A stretch of DNA of 33,713 bases from Candidatus Peregrinibacteria bacterium (lineage in GTDB: Bacteria > Patescibacteriota > Gracilibacteria > UM-FILTER-43-11): NCBI GenBank assembly GCA_030618315.1, contig JAUXDO010000002.1:1-33713 (forward strand), in the 5' to 3' direction. How positions within the stretch are numbered: the stretch's first letter is position 1; the number at the start of each line of letters is the position of its first letter. Made by a program: the position numbers and the translations under genes. Positions 18,595-27,809 of this stretch are shown here, piece after piece. The notes beneath the pieces were generated by a model. It did no database searches. It worked only from the letters and a program-made list of their open reading frames with translations, and had not been told where the DNA came from.

Positions 18595-19506
18595 ATGAAA
18601 TATATCGATAGAAAAGTTATCAAAGGGAAGGCTCAGTATTATCTTCAGTATCAAGGATATTCAAAATATATTGGTTCATTCCTGCCTGTCAGCCTAAAAG
18701 ATGAACTTTTAGATTTTTTTATTGAGTTATCTGAAGAAGAAAATGATAACCTCCCTAAAAATATAAAAAATGAATTTAAATATGGTGGCTTAGATAAATT
18801 AGAAAAATTACATTATTTTCATATTGCCCTGAATCATGACCTTCTAAAAAAGGAACATGACATCTTTTATAATGAATTCATAAAATTATATACTTACCAC
18901 TCAAACAGGTCAGAAGGATCAAGGACAACAAAAAAGGATATCGATAAATTTGTTTCAAAGAATATAAGAGTTCCGAAAACCAAAACTGATCAGGAAATTT
19001 TTAATTCATTTTTAGCGTTTGATTTCGCATTATCCGATGAAATGAAATGGAATATGAAATCCATAAAGCATATTCATTCTCTTTTGCTAGATGGCATTGA
19101 CCCAATGATAGCGGGAAAATGGAAGACTGAAGATAATGTCGCTCCCAATAGTCAACCGACATCCAGCTATAAAAATGTACAAAATGATATAAAGAATCTT
19201 ATAAAATGGCTAAAAAATGAATCCAGAAAAAAAACATATCCTCCAAAAATTGCCATTCAATTTTATGTAAAATTTGAGCATATTCACCCGTTTTTAGATG
19301 GAAATGGCAGGGTTGGCAGGATTTTACTTAATGCAATCCTCCATAAATTCAATTATCCACCTATTATATTTTTTAGCACAAATCATCAGCAACACTGCAC
19401 AGCTATGACATCTGCCATTAATGGCAGATGTGGAGGAATTAATAAACATTTTTTACAACAAGTTAAGAAAACAAATGATTCCTTATTTGCTAAAATTTTG
19501 CCATAA
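18595..19506 (+). CDS. Fic family AMPylase (class II type with internal inhibitory motif)
   Basis: Catalytic HPFLDGNGRVGR; inhibitory (S/T)xxxEG motif SNRSEG; ATG 18595 preferred over TTG 18568. Confidence 0.9.
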   Translation: MKYIDRKVIKGKAQYYLQYQGYSKYIGSFLPVSLKDELLDFFIELSEEENDNLPKNIKNEFKYGGLDKLEKLHYFHIALNHDLLKKEHDIFYNEFIKLYTYHSNRSEGSRTTKKDIDKFVSKNIRVPKTKTDQEIFNSFLAFDFALSDEMKWNMKSIKHIHSLLLDGIDPMIAGKWKTEDNVAPNSQPTSSYKNVQNDIKNLIKWLKNESRKKTYPPKIAIQFYVKFEHIHPFLDGNGRVGRILLNAILHKFNYPPIIFFSTNHQQHCTAMTSAINGRCGGINKHFLQQVKKTNDSLFAKILP

Positions 19507-19527
19507 TAATTACTGTATAAAATACAT

Positions 19528-20622
19528 ATGAAGATAGCAATAGTAACAGACTGGCTTACGAATTATGGTGGCGCGGAAAGCGTTATATCAGCTTTTCATG
19601 ATCTTTTTCCGGAAGCACCGATATACACGACAATGTACAGACCAAAGAACATGAGGGAACTTGGAAAATTAAAAAATGTTAAGACGACATGGCTTGATAA
19701 AATTCCGACATCTAAGCATCAGTATCTGCTTAGCTTGATGCCGACAGCGGTAGAAATGATGGATTTGGATGAATATGATATTGTACTTAGCAGTTGTCAC
19801 AGTGTAAGCAAGGGGGTGATTACAAAGCCAAACACATTGCATATCAGCTATTGTCATACGCCTATGAGATATGCATGGGAAAGTTGGGATTTTGAAACAA
19901 GGCTGAAAAAATTCCCATCAATTTTTCATCCAATGATACGCAAGCAGATTGGGAAAATCAGAGAGTGGGATTATTGTGCGGCGCAGAGAGTTGATAAATA
20001 CATTGCAAACTCATCACATATCGGTAAACAGATTAAAAAGCATTATAAAAGAGATTCTGATGTAATTTACCCACCAGTTCATACCGAAAAATTTACTCCG
20101 GCTACCAATCCAACAGAAGATTTTTATTTAGCGGTTGGCAGACTTATTCCTTATAAGAAATTCGATTTAATTGCAGAAACTTTCAACAAATTAAAAAAGA
20201 AATTAAAGATAGTCGGAACAGGTCCTCAATATGACAAAATTAAAAGCATGGAAAGTGAATATGTGGAAGTTTTGGGCTATGTAAGTGATGGAAAACTGAC
20301 TCATTTGTACCAAAATTGTAAAGCATTCTTATTTCCGCAATTGGAGGATGCAGGCATTGTGCCACTTGAGGCAATGTCGGCTGGCAGACCCGTTATTGCG
20401 TTAGACAGAGGTGGTAGTTTGGATACTATGATAGACGGCAAAACGGGTGTTCTTTTTTCTGAGCAAACAGTTGATAGCTTATCGGATGCGATTAGCAGAT
20501 TTGAAAAGATGAAATTTGATTCAAAATTTATCCGAAAACATGCTGAGGAGTTTGATGTGGAGATTTTTAAAACCAAAATCCGGGATTATATTCAGGAAGA
20601 GTGGGAGAGGTTTAATAAATAA
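19528..20622 (+). CDS. Glycosyltransferase family 4
   Basis: MKIAIVTDWLTNYGGAE, YCHTPMRY, VIYPPV, GRLIPYK, EDAGIVPLEAMS.GRPVIA. Confidence 0.93.
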   Translation: MKIAIVTDWLTNYGGAESVISAFHDLFPEAPIYTTMYRPKNMRELGKLKNVKTTWLDKIPTSKHQYLLSLMPTAVEMMDLDEYDIVLSSCHSVSKGVITKPNTLHISYCHTPMRYAWESWDFETRLKKFPSIFHPMIRKQIGKIREWDYCAAQRVDKYIANSSHIGKQIKKHYKRDSDVIYPPVHTEKFTPATNPTEDFYLAVGRLIPYKKFDLIAETFNKLKKKLKIVGTGPQYDKIKSMESEYVEVLGYVSDGKLTHLYQNCKAFLFPQLEDAGIVPLEAMSAGRPVIALDRGGSLDTMIDGKTGVLFSEQTVDSLSDAISRFEKMKFDSKFIRKHAEEFDVEIFKTKIRDYIQEEWERFNK

Positions 20623-20824
20623 TACTGCTTCGCGTGGGGCAGGCTATCGCCGTTGGGCTGCGAGATTACTCGCGTAGGGCTGGGCTATCGCCCGTGGTTC
20701 TATTTTATTATGGGTGGATACTTTTAATAAACCTGTCAAAATAAAATAGAACCACGTCCTGTAATCAGGATAGCCCTACGTTTGTACTCAAACAGCCCCA
20801 CGTCGCTACTGCGACAGCCCTACA
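20623..20824 (+). repeat. Modular branched-hairpin intergenic element, copy A
   Basis: Four GTNGGNCW units and four complementary AGNNCYAC units, separated by small hairpins; homologous to 29726-29943 (minus). Confidence 0.9.
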
Positions 20825-21109
20825 ATGAAATGGAACGTTATGACAAAAGAACAATCAATCAAAGAACTAAAGACAATTCCCTCAATCGGCAAAGCTCTTG
20901 CAGAGGATTTGTATAATATTGGAATCAAAAAAATATCAGATTTAAAAAATAAAGACCCTGAAGAATTGTATTTCAAGTCCTGTGCATATGACAATCAGCA
21001 ACTTTGCCGTTGTGTTTTATATACTTATAGATGTGCGATTTATTTTGCCTCCACAAAAAACCCCAATCCGGAAAAATTGAGGTGGAATTATTGGAAAGAT
21101 AACGCTTAA
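20825..21109 (+). CDS. Helix-hairpin-helix protein, Cdd1/pathogenicity-locus family
   Basis: LKTIPSIGKALAEDL, DLKNKDPEELY, CRCVLYTYRCAIYFA, W.YWKD; alternative start 20840. Confidence 0.85.
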   Translation: MKWNVMTKEQSIKELKTIPSIGKALAEDLYNIGIKKISDLKNKDPEELYFKSCAYDNQQLCRCVLYTYRCAIYFASTKNPNPEKLRWNYWKDNA

Positions 21110-21135
21110 ATGCGAATTTTAAATTTTAAATTTTC

Positions 21136-21969
21136 ATGAAAACATTAGGTTTAGCACTTGGTGGCGGAGGAGCAAGAGGATGTTTCCACATTGGTGCAAT
21201 TAAGGCTTTGGATGAGGCCAATATCACAATAAATTACATCGCAGGCACGTCTATCGGAGCATTTATTGGAGGTATTTATGTAGCTGGAGATATTCATGAA
21301 CTTGAAAACTATCTTATAAAAATTAAATGGAGAGATGTTCTTAAGCACTTTGATCCAGTTCTTCCAAGAAATGGTTTATTTGGAGGTAAGAAAGTAATGA
21401 AACTCATAAAATCTCTTTTACACTATGATAATTTTAAGAAAACTAAGATTCCATTTATTGCTGTTACTACAAATCTTGCCAATGGCAAAGAGGTTCATTT
21501 GTCTAAAGGAAAAATTTCAGATGCAATTAGGGCCAGTATTGCGATACCGGGGATTATAACTCCTTTTAAAAAAGGAAAACAGTATTTTGTTGACGGTGGT
21601 GTTGTGAATCCTCTTCCTATTAATGTGGTTCAAAAAATGGGCGCAGATATTGTCATTGCGATTGACCTGAATCATTATTTTATCAGAGAAGAGCTTAACA
21701 AAAGATATAAAACACCTAAAGGTACACTATCAAAAATTTTCGGTTCAAGCTGGCCTAATATTACTAATGTTCTGGAAAACTCATTTTTCTTAATGGAAGA
21801 TAAGCTCGCTGAAAAAAATCTTGAAATTTATAAAGCAGATATATTAGTTAGACCGATGTTGAGGCCCACAAGCATATTCGACTTTCATCATGCAAAACAA
21901 TTAATTGATGAAGGTTACGAGGTTACAAAAAAACAGATACTTGCAATTAAAAAACTCTTAAATACTTAG
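21136..21969 (+). CDS. Patatin-like phospholipase (RssA-like)
   Basis: LALGGGGARG, GTSIG nucleophile elbow, RASIAIPG, DGG. Confidence 0.93.
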   Translation: MKTLGLALGGGGARGCFHIGAIKALDEANITINYIAGTSIGAFIGGIYVAGDIHELENYLIKIKWRDVLKHFDPVLPRNGLFGGKKVMKLIKSLLHYDNFKKTKIPFIAVTTNLANGKEVHLSKGKISDAIRASIAIPGIITPFKKGKQYFVDGGVVNPLPINVVQKMGADIVIAIDLNHYFIREELNKRYKTPKGTLSKIFGSSWPNITNVLENSFFLMEDKLAEKNLEIYKADILVRPMLRPTSIFDFHHAKQLIDEGYEVTKKQILAIKKLLNT

Positions 21970-22647
21970 CTTCTTTTTACTCTTAGTTATCATCGGTTCT
22001 TTACCGTAATAAGGCTCGATTAAGTTGTAGGTTGTATGGTTTACGTTGAAAGCTTTTTTAACTACCCGCGCCCATGTTTCTTCAGGAGATAGCACGTCGG
22101 TGATTTGTGTAAAAGTGGATGGGAGTTTTGATAAATGGTCTTCTGAAAGCTCACCTAACCACATTTTTTTACCTGACAATTCCTCAATTGGAATAATCTG
22201 AGGTTTAATTTCGATTTTCGACTTGCCTGCCGGTAGGTAAGGTTTTCGATTTTCGATTTTCGAAATATAAACTTCCACTTTATTCATGCTTTGCAAATAT
22301 ACAAAATCAGACTCATCTGTTCTATATCTCCCCCATTCGTCTGTTTTTAGGCCGATAATTGGGATTTTGAGCTGATGTGCAAATTGATTTGCAACAGCTA
22401 TTCCGACGCGAAGTCCTGTAAAACTACCGGGGCCCTTTATTACAAAAATTCCTTTGAGATCGGTAAGTTCGATATCAGCTTTTTTAATTAGCTCATCAAT
22501 GATTATCAAAATTGTTTCGGAGGCATTAAGTGGATTAAGCTTCGAGTATCCCAGAAGGCGCGATTGGCCAATCGCGCCTTCTGGGGAGTGATTATCAACC
22601 AATGTTATACCTGCTTCCGATGTTGTTGTATCGATACATAAATACAT
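21958..22647 (-). CDS. tsaB: tRNA t6A37 biosynthesis protein TsaB, with two palindromic in-frame insertions
   Basis: LCIDTT, GPGSFTGLRVGIAVAN, C-terminal IEPYYGKEP.IT. Confidence 0.9.
   Translation of the reverse strand: MYLCIDTTTSEAGITLVDNHSPEGAIGQSRLLGYSKLNPLNASETILIIIDELIKKADIELTDLKGIFVIKGPGSFTGLRVGIAVANQFAHQLKIPIIGLKTDEWGRYRTDESDFVYLQSMNKVEVYISKIENRKPYLPAGKSKIEIKPQIIPIEELSGKKMWLGELSEDHLSKLPSTFTQITDVLSPEETWARVVKKAFNVNHTTYNLIEPYYGKEPMITKSKKKLSI
22209..22266. repeat. Heptamer repeat (ttcgatt) tract with embedded palindrome inside tsaB
   Basis: ttcgattttcga-cttgcctgccggtaggtaag-gttttcgattttcgattttcgaaat; encodes ISKIENRKPYLPAGKSKIE. Confidence 0.75.
22550..22585. repeat. Perfect 36-bp palindrome inside tsaB
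   Basis: cccagaaggcgcgattggccaatcgcgccttctggg equals its own reverse complement. Confidence 0.9.
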
Positions 22648-22656
22648 GTTGAAAAT

Positions 22657-22750
22657 CGAATTGTTGGACTGTTGTGGAACTATTGTAGGACAAATCGATT
22701 AGTTCAACAATACGTCCTCCAACTAGTCCAACCATCAGTCCTCCTATTCG
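22657..22750 (-). repeat. Inverted array of degenerate 10-mers in the tsaB leader
   Basis: Plus strand ttgttggact/ttgtggaact/ttgtaggaca versus agttcaacaa/cgtcctccaa/agtccaacca/agtcctccta, closed by cgaat/attcg. Confidence 0.7.
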
Positions 22751-22824
22751 TTATTGACTTATTTCGTCTGTTATCTTACATTATTCCTCTAAAGAACTCC
22801 TCCTATTTTTTTAATTAATATAAA

Positions 22825-23076
22825 ATGTCCAAAATATTAGAAATAAAAACAATAGCTGAAGAAGTTGAAGAAAAATTTATAACATTTGAAGATTTAAGTG
22901 AAATCTGTGACAATGCTGATGGAAATTTTGATCCAATAACTATATTTAATGAGCTTTGTGGCCTGAGCGAGAGTCAGCTTAAGAGGCTAAGCAATCATGA
23001 TGATGGTATTAAAGGGTTTATTGCAGATAATTTGGTGGCGAGGGAAGTTATAAGACGGACTACTGAATACACTTAA
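22825..23076 (+). CDS. Hypothetical protein
   Basis: 83-aa ORF; upstream TTGACT(22754)-17-TACATT. Confidence 0.65.
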   Translation: MSKILEIKTIAEEVEEKFITFEDLSEICDNADGNFDPITIFNELCGLSESQLKRLSNHDDGIKGFIADNLVAREVIRRTTEYT

Positions 23077-23093
23077 TAAATAAATTAATTTAT

Positions 23094-23465
23094 ATGAGAC
23101 CGGATATCGAATTAACAAAAAAATACGGTCTTGATGATGAGCAATTCGACGCAATGTGTGGCATGTGTCATATGCTACCAAGACCGGTCATTTGGAGATT
23201 CAGAAAACATACACCAAAAGAAATTCGGGACTTGGTGGAAATTTGTGCTGATAAATTTATTAAAGATACCAGAAGTTTGGTTAGGGCTTTAAATGAAAGA
23301 TGGAAAAATCCTGAATTATTGGATGTAATAAATGACTATATGGCACGTATTATGAAAAATGCCGAACATAAAGATAGCATAATAGAAAAAAAACTTCGTG
23401 AAGAAAGTTTGCATGCTACTCAAAATTCAACTTCTCAATCTGAACTCCCTGATAATAGTATTTAA
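23094..23465 (+). CDS. Hypothetical protein
   Basis: 123-aa ORF 17 nt after the previous gene; 3' end overlaps the convergent amidase gene by 50 nt. Confidence 0.65.
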   Translation: MRPDIELTKKYGLDDEQFDAMCGMCHMLPRPVIWRFRKHTPKEIRDLVEICADKFIKDTRSLVRALNERWKNPELLDVINDYMARIMKNAEHKDSIIEKKLREESLHATQNSTSQSELPDNSI

Positions 23466-26400
23466 TGATTTCATCGTAAGACTTACCCTCGTTGGCCTGT
23501 GATGTAGCGCCAAATCCACTGAGCCCGACTCCGTGGCCTCTTTTTACGCGACCTTCACACCATGGATCGGAAACTGATATTAGATAAGGAGTATGCGTCC
23601 AGCCCCAGACTTCCTGTGCGGAGTATGTTCGACCATCACTTTGGTTAAAGTATGGAGTTTTTATGAGCTCACCCTGATAAGTGACTACTTCATCTTTAGT
23701 AATTGCTGCTGCGCCGACGAAGTTTGGTGTTCTGGATTCCACGCCATAACCTAAATATCTTTGGAATATTGCAGGGTCATCACTGCCATCGTATGGTAAT
23801 CCTGGGAATTTGCGATTATCATCCGACATGTAGAAACGTGCGTATGACCTTGCGAGTATTGCGATAACTTTCTGTTTTTCAAAAGGTGCGTCATTGGATA
23901 CTTCTGCAAGACCCTTTATATAGTCTTCCATATAAAGTTCGTTGATGTATGCGACTTGTTCATTAATAACTCTGATTTCAAGGGCTCCTCTAAAACGATT
24001 GTCATTTAAATCCCTATTCCAGGCAGGTCTGTGTTCCCAACTTGTGATTTTAACAATTCCGCCTTCATCGGGGATAAATCTGATAACAGCATCACTTCTT
24101 ACAACACTACCTACCTGAACGTGCATATTATTTCCTGCCTGCCGAACTGCGACCGTATTGCCTGATGCTACAGAAAATAATTCATTATTATTACCATCAA
24201 CTACTTTAAAGTTCTTATTTGCAGATATAGTTGAATCCGCATCTGAATAAGAGAGTCTTACTCTGAACGGTCTATCGGAAATTGCTGAAGATGTGGTGGT
24301 TGTATCTGCCGATACAGTAGGTATGACGGGGGTTGTAGTTGCTATGCTCTTTGTAATAATTGTGGCACGTTCTTGGTTTAGACTTGCATCAGAGGTTGAG
24401 CTGGAACTGCTTCTGACTGTGTCTCCGGATACTTTAAATGTCCATCTGGCATTACCACCAACAACCCAGCCAACGTATTCCAAAACCAATTGAAATCCTT
24501 CTCCGTATATTCCTCTGGTGTAATTACGCACTTTAAATGTGAATGAACCGATTTCTCCCGGAGCAACTGTGTCTTCATTTAGATAAGCTGGCCTATATTT
24601 GTTTTCCCAGCCACCTGAAAAATAGAACTGACTTAGGCGGTCGCGTGGATTTGCATTGCCGAGATGAACGGCGTTTAATCCTTTTTTATTCCAAACCACA
24701 TTCCCTGTGTTTTTAAATTTCACAGTTATTTCTTTTTCCTGTCCTGGTTGCATATTTACATATGCATCACCCTGATCGATTAACTGAGCGCGCAAACCTG
24801 GTTGCGGGACTCTTATTACATAACGGGCTACACCACCTCTTATTGGGATTTTGTTAAATTTTGCACGCAGGAAAATGCTATGATACCCCTCTTCATATGG
24901 TGCTTGAACCCAAAAACTGAAATTTACTATTTTACCTGGTCCGACAGGCTCGGTTGGAACTAATTTGTTTTTAAAAACTTTTATTCCACGACCAAGTAAT
25001 GTCATTTGCATATTATCCGGATACCATGTTAAATCACCACGATTTTCCAGAGAAAGTTCAACTCTTTTCATTTCTCCTGGCTTTAATTCGTTGACTGTAT
25101 TTAGCTTTGTAACTCTTGCCAGATGTACTGGTTCTTTAACAGTTACCTTAAAACCAAGGGCTGTATCCTGAAGCCATTTAACCCTCTCAACAACTGGTAT
25201 AAATTGTTCAACAGCTATTCCTGTTTTTCCGATTGGCACTTCTAATTCAATAACAAAACGACCTGTCTCCCCTGGTTTGACTTCACTTTCAAGCAGGTAT
25301 CCTATTCTGGATGGATTTTGCTCAATAAAAATACTTTTTCTATCTTTTGGTCCTGATGTTCCAAGTGTAATTTGATTATCACCATAGTTTTTCCACACAA
25401 TATTTCCTTTATTTTTAAGTTCAATCCAGGCATTTATTTTCTGCCCTTGAAAAACTGTTCCGGATGGCAGATTTCTATTTATAACTTCATAATCAAAATT
25501 AGGTTCAGCTACTGTAAAGCCAATATCTACTGAAGATTTTGATACTTTATAGCGACCATTTACTACCGGTGCCACTTCAAATATATATTTACCAGGCTGG
25601 TATCCACCTTCTATCTGGACTGTGAATGTTCCAATTCTTCCCGGTGCAACAGAGCGTTCTTTCATGTCTGCGGCAACAAATGCTTTATCTGCAATTACCG
25701 GAACTATGCGAGCATTTGGATCGTTATTTAGTGCCACATGAAGCCATGTATTGCTATCCCAGGTTTTTTTACCAGTATTTTTAAATTGTAATTTTATTTC
25801 CTTTCGTTCATTTGGTTCAAGTAACACATTTCTATAATCGACTAAAGATTGTGCATTATAATCCAGATTTTCGGCTTGCAAACTCCCTTCGCTAAATGAT
25901 CCACTTCTGATTGATAAAGCTGCACGCTCTCTGATTTTAGAAAGCAATTTATATAGCACATCACCTGGGCACGATGTTGCGCCAACATCTCTGTGTCCAA
26001 TAACATTTGGTAATGTCTTGCCTCTTATACTTGATGATCCATTTGGGTCGATTCCGTGAACTCTTGCCCTGCTTGCAATTAAAGAAATCAAAGCCTGCTG
26101 AACGGGTTCCGGCACTGGCGTGTTTTGATAATTTCCAATAATTGAGATGCCTATTGTACCGTTATTGTAACAAAGAGCATGAGCACCAATTACATTATCT
26201 CCGCCATATCTGCCTTCATATATGTTCCCAAGTGGATCGATTAGGTAATTGTAGCCGATATCTCCCCACCCGCGTGAAACAGTGTGATAATGATAAATTG
26301 CACGAACTATCGCCTGATAATCACGATTATCCATTTTGGAATCACCATTAATATCTCTTATTTCAGAATCTGTATGATGTATTACAAATTTTCGAACCTT

Positions 26401-27072
26401 CTTCATGTATTGAAGAGGCCATGTTAAATCGTTACCTGAAGGACTTTTATCTTCAATTTTTGTAATACCAAGTTCTGATCTGTATGTTGATTCCATAACT
26501 CCACATGGATCTACATATGTTTTACTGGTACTTGCCCTTCTTCTGGCTGCTTCTTCCATTTCCGGTGTCCAGTATCTTAGTGACTCGTCTGCGCCCCATG
26601 AACTTCGTTTGATAATAGAATAATTTCTTGCGACTATTTGTGTACTCGCATACAGGTTGGAGGTATCAAGAGCTTCAGGCCCACCGATTTCACGGATCTC
26701 ATCCGGTTCATGATAAAAAATACTGAGTTTAAGAGTAATTGGATCACCCCTAATTCTCTTAAATTGAATCGTACTTGTTGGCGAACTGAATATAAGTGCC
26801 TCAGGTCCATATCCCTCATTTTCAATTATAACTTTTTCCCAGCCATAACCAATATCTACCATTAGATCGTCGATTTCTTCATCGAATTGTACAGCTATTA
26901 CATTAAATAGATTGTCTTCAAAAATAACTTCCGAAAGTATTTCGCCACCAACATTCTGCAAAGTTATTTCTTTTTCTGAATAATCCATTGCAAAAGTTTT
27001 TGGCACAATGACGCTGATTATCAGACTTAAAATAATTAACAGAAAACCGAATTTTAACAATCGAAGAATCAT
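23416..27072 (-). CDS. Secreted peptidoglycan hydrolase: Amidase_2 (PGRP-like) + four NBR1-like Ig repeats + SpoIID/LytB lytic transglycosylase
   Basis: Signal peptide; VIHHT, GWGDIGYNYLID, GAHA, IGHRDVGATSCPG; four KNTG..W...V.PG..G.F repeats; INEL.MEDYIKGLAEV, FQRYLGY, GHGVGLS..GA...A..GKSY.EIIKYYY; ATG 27072 preferred over GTG 27093. Confidence 0.9.
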   Translation of the reverse strand: MILRLLKFGFLLIILSLIISVIVPKTFAMDYSEKEITLQNVGGEILSEVIFEDNLFNVIAVQFDEEIDDLMVDIGYGWEKVIIENEGYGPEALIFSSPTSTIQFKRIRGDPITLKLSIFYHEPDEIREIGGPEALDTSNLYASTQIVARNYSIIKRSSWGADESLRYWTPEMEEAARRRASTSKTYVDPCGVMESTYRSELGITKIEDKSPSGNDLTWPLQYMKKVRKFVIHHTDSEIRDINGDSKMDNRDYQAIVRAIYHYHTVSRGWGDIGYNYLIDPLGNIYEGRYGGDNVIGAHALCYNNGTIGISIIGNYQNTPVPEPVQQALISLIASRARVHGIDPNGSSSIRGKTLPNVIGHRDVGATSCPGDVLYKLLSKIRERAALSIRSGSFSEGSLQAENLDYNAQSLVDYRNVLLEPNERKEIKLQFKNTGKKTWDSNTWLHVALNNDPNARIVPVIADKAFVAADMKERSVAPGRIGTFTVQIEGGYQPGKYIFEVAPVVNGRYKVSKSSVDIGFTVAEPNFDYEVINRNLPSGTVFQGQKINAWIELKNKGNIVWKNYGDNQITLGTSGPKDRKSIFIEQNPSRIGYLLESEVKPGETGRFVIELEVPIGKTGIAVEQFIPVVERVKWLQDTALGFKVTVKEPVHLARVTKLNTVNELKPGEMKRVELSLENRGDLTWYPDNMQMTLLGRGIKVFKNKLVPTEPVGPGKIVNFSFWVQAPYEEGYHSIFLRAKFNKIPIRGGVARYVIRVPQPGLRAQLIDQGDAYVNMQPGQEKEITVKFKNTGNVVWNKKGLNAVHLGNANPRDRLSQFYFSGGWENKYRPAYLNEDTVAPGEIGSFTFKVRNYTRGIYGEGFQLVLEYVGWVVGGNARWTFKVSGDTVRSSSSSTSDASLNQERATIITKSIATTTPVIPTVSADTTTTSSAISDRPFRVRLSYSDADSTISANKNFKVVDGNNNELFSVASGNTVAVRQAGNNMHVQVGSVVRSDAVIRFIPDEGGIVKITSWEHRPAWNRDLNDNRFRGALEIRVINEQVAYINELYMEDYIKGLAEVSNDAPFEKQKVIAILARSYARFYMSDDNRKFPGLPYDGSDDPAIFQRYLGYGVESRTPNFVGAAAITKDEVVTYQGELIKTPYFNQSDGRTYSAQEVWGWTHTPYLISVSDPWCEGRVKRGHGVGLSGFGATSQANEGKSYDEIIKYYYQGVQIEKLNFE

Positions 27073-27153
27073 ATTTATTTTTATTTTTTGCACCTATATA
27101 GGTTGTACAAATATTGTATACTACTTGCACATTTAAATAAAGAGATTTTTTGA

Positions 27154-27414
27154 TTATTCAACTAGACTAGTAACCTTTGCAATAAGTATTTCAAGTTCTT
27201 CTGTCGGTAATTTTACAAGTTCTTCTCTGGTACCAATAATTGTTATGCTTTTTGGTGCAAAAGAAGCACGACAACGCTTTGTCCCTAAAAGTATACTAAT
27301 AAGCTCTTCACGAGTATGTTTACCGCTACTTCTCAAGTCATCCAGATGAGACTTTAATCTACCCTCAAAAAGAAATGTACCTTCGGGACAACTAAGGTCT
27401 AATTTGTCATCCAT
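27154..27414 (-). CDS. Hypothetical protein
   Basis: 86-aa ORF with AT-rich upstream region. Confidence 0.6.
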   Translation of the reverse strand: MDDKLDLSCPEGTFLFEGRLKSHLDDLRSSGKHTREELISILLGTKRCRASFAPKSITIIGTREELVKLPTEELEILIAKVTSLVE

Positions 27415-27551
27415 TATATTTGGTGAAATTAAGTTGGGCGATTATTATACAACTTTTTTGGCAATAATAACAATTATTACCCAATTTGATTTTTAATATT
27501 AATTTATTTTTGATACAATTGTGCTCAAGTTGTACCCTCTAATTAAATATC

Positions 27552-27809
27552 ATGAACAACAAAGAAAATAAACAACCTATAGCGTTTGTTTATCAAGAAA
27601 GCCCAATAAGTACTCCAAATTACAAAGTTTATAATGGAGATAATCAGGAGAGCTCTGAAGACCTTGCAGCTTTAGCTCATATTATTCGTGACTATAGAGA
27701 TCAGATTAAATTTCTTACACAGGCAGAAATTAATGATAGATATTCAATGGAGTCATCTTTGATAAGACCCTTTAGTGATAAGGAAATGGGACAAATACTT
27801 TTGGGATAA
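27552..27809 (+). CDS. Hypothetical protein, possibly truncated by a premature TAA
   Basis: 85 aa; same frame stays open 39 more codons to TGA at 27927-27929. Confidence 0.6.
   Translation: MNNKENKQPIAFVYQESPISTPNYKVYNGDNQESSEDLAALAHIIRDYRDQIKFLTQAEINDRYSMESSLIRPFSDKEMGQILLG

Noticed and set aside
20623..20824. CRISPR array interpretation of the repeat-spacer-like element (also 29726-29943)
   Set aside because: Repeats are only 8 nt and invert halfway through, 'spacers' are 7-16 nt self-complementary hairpins shared between copies, and no cas genes are present
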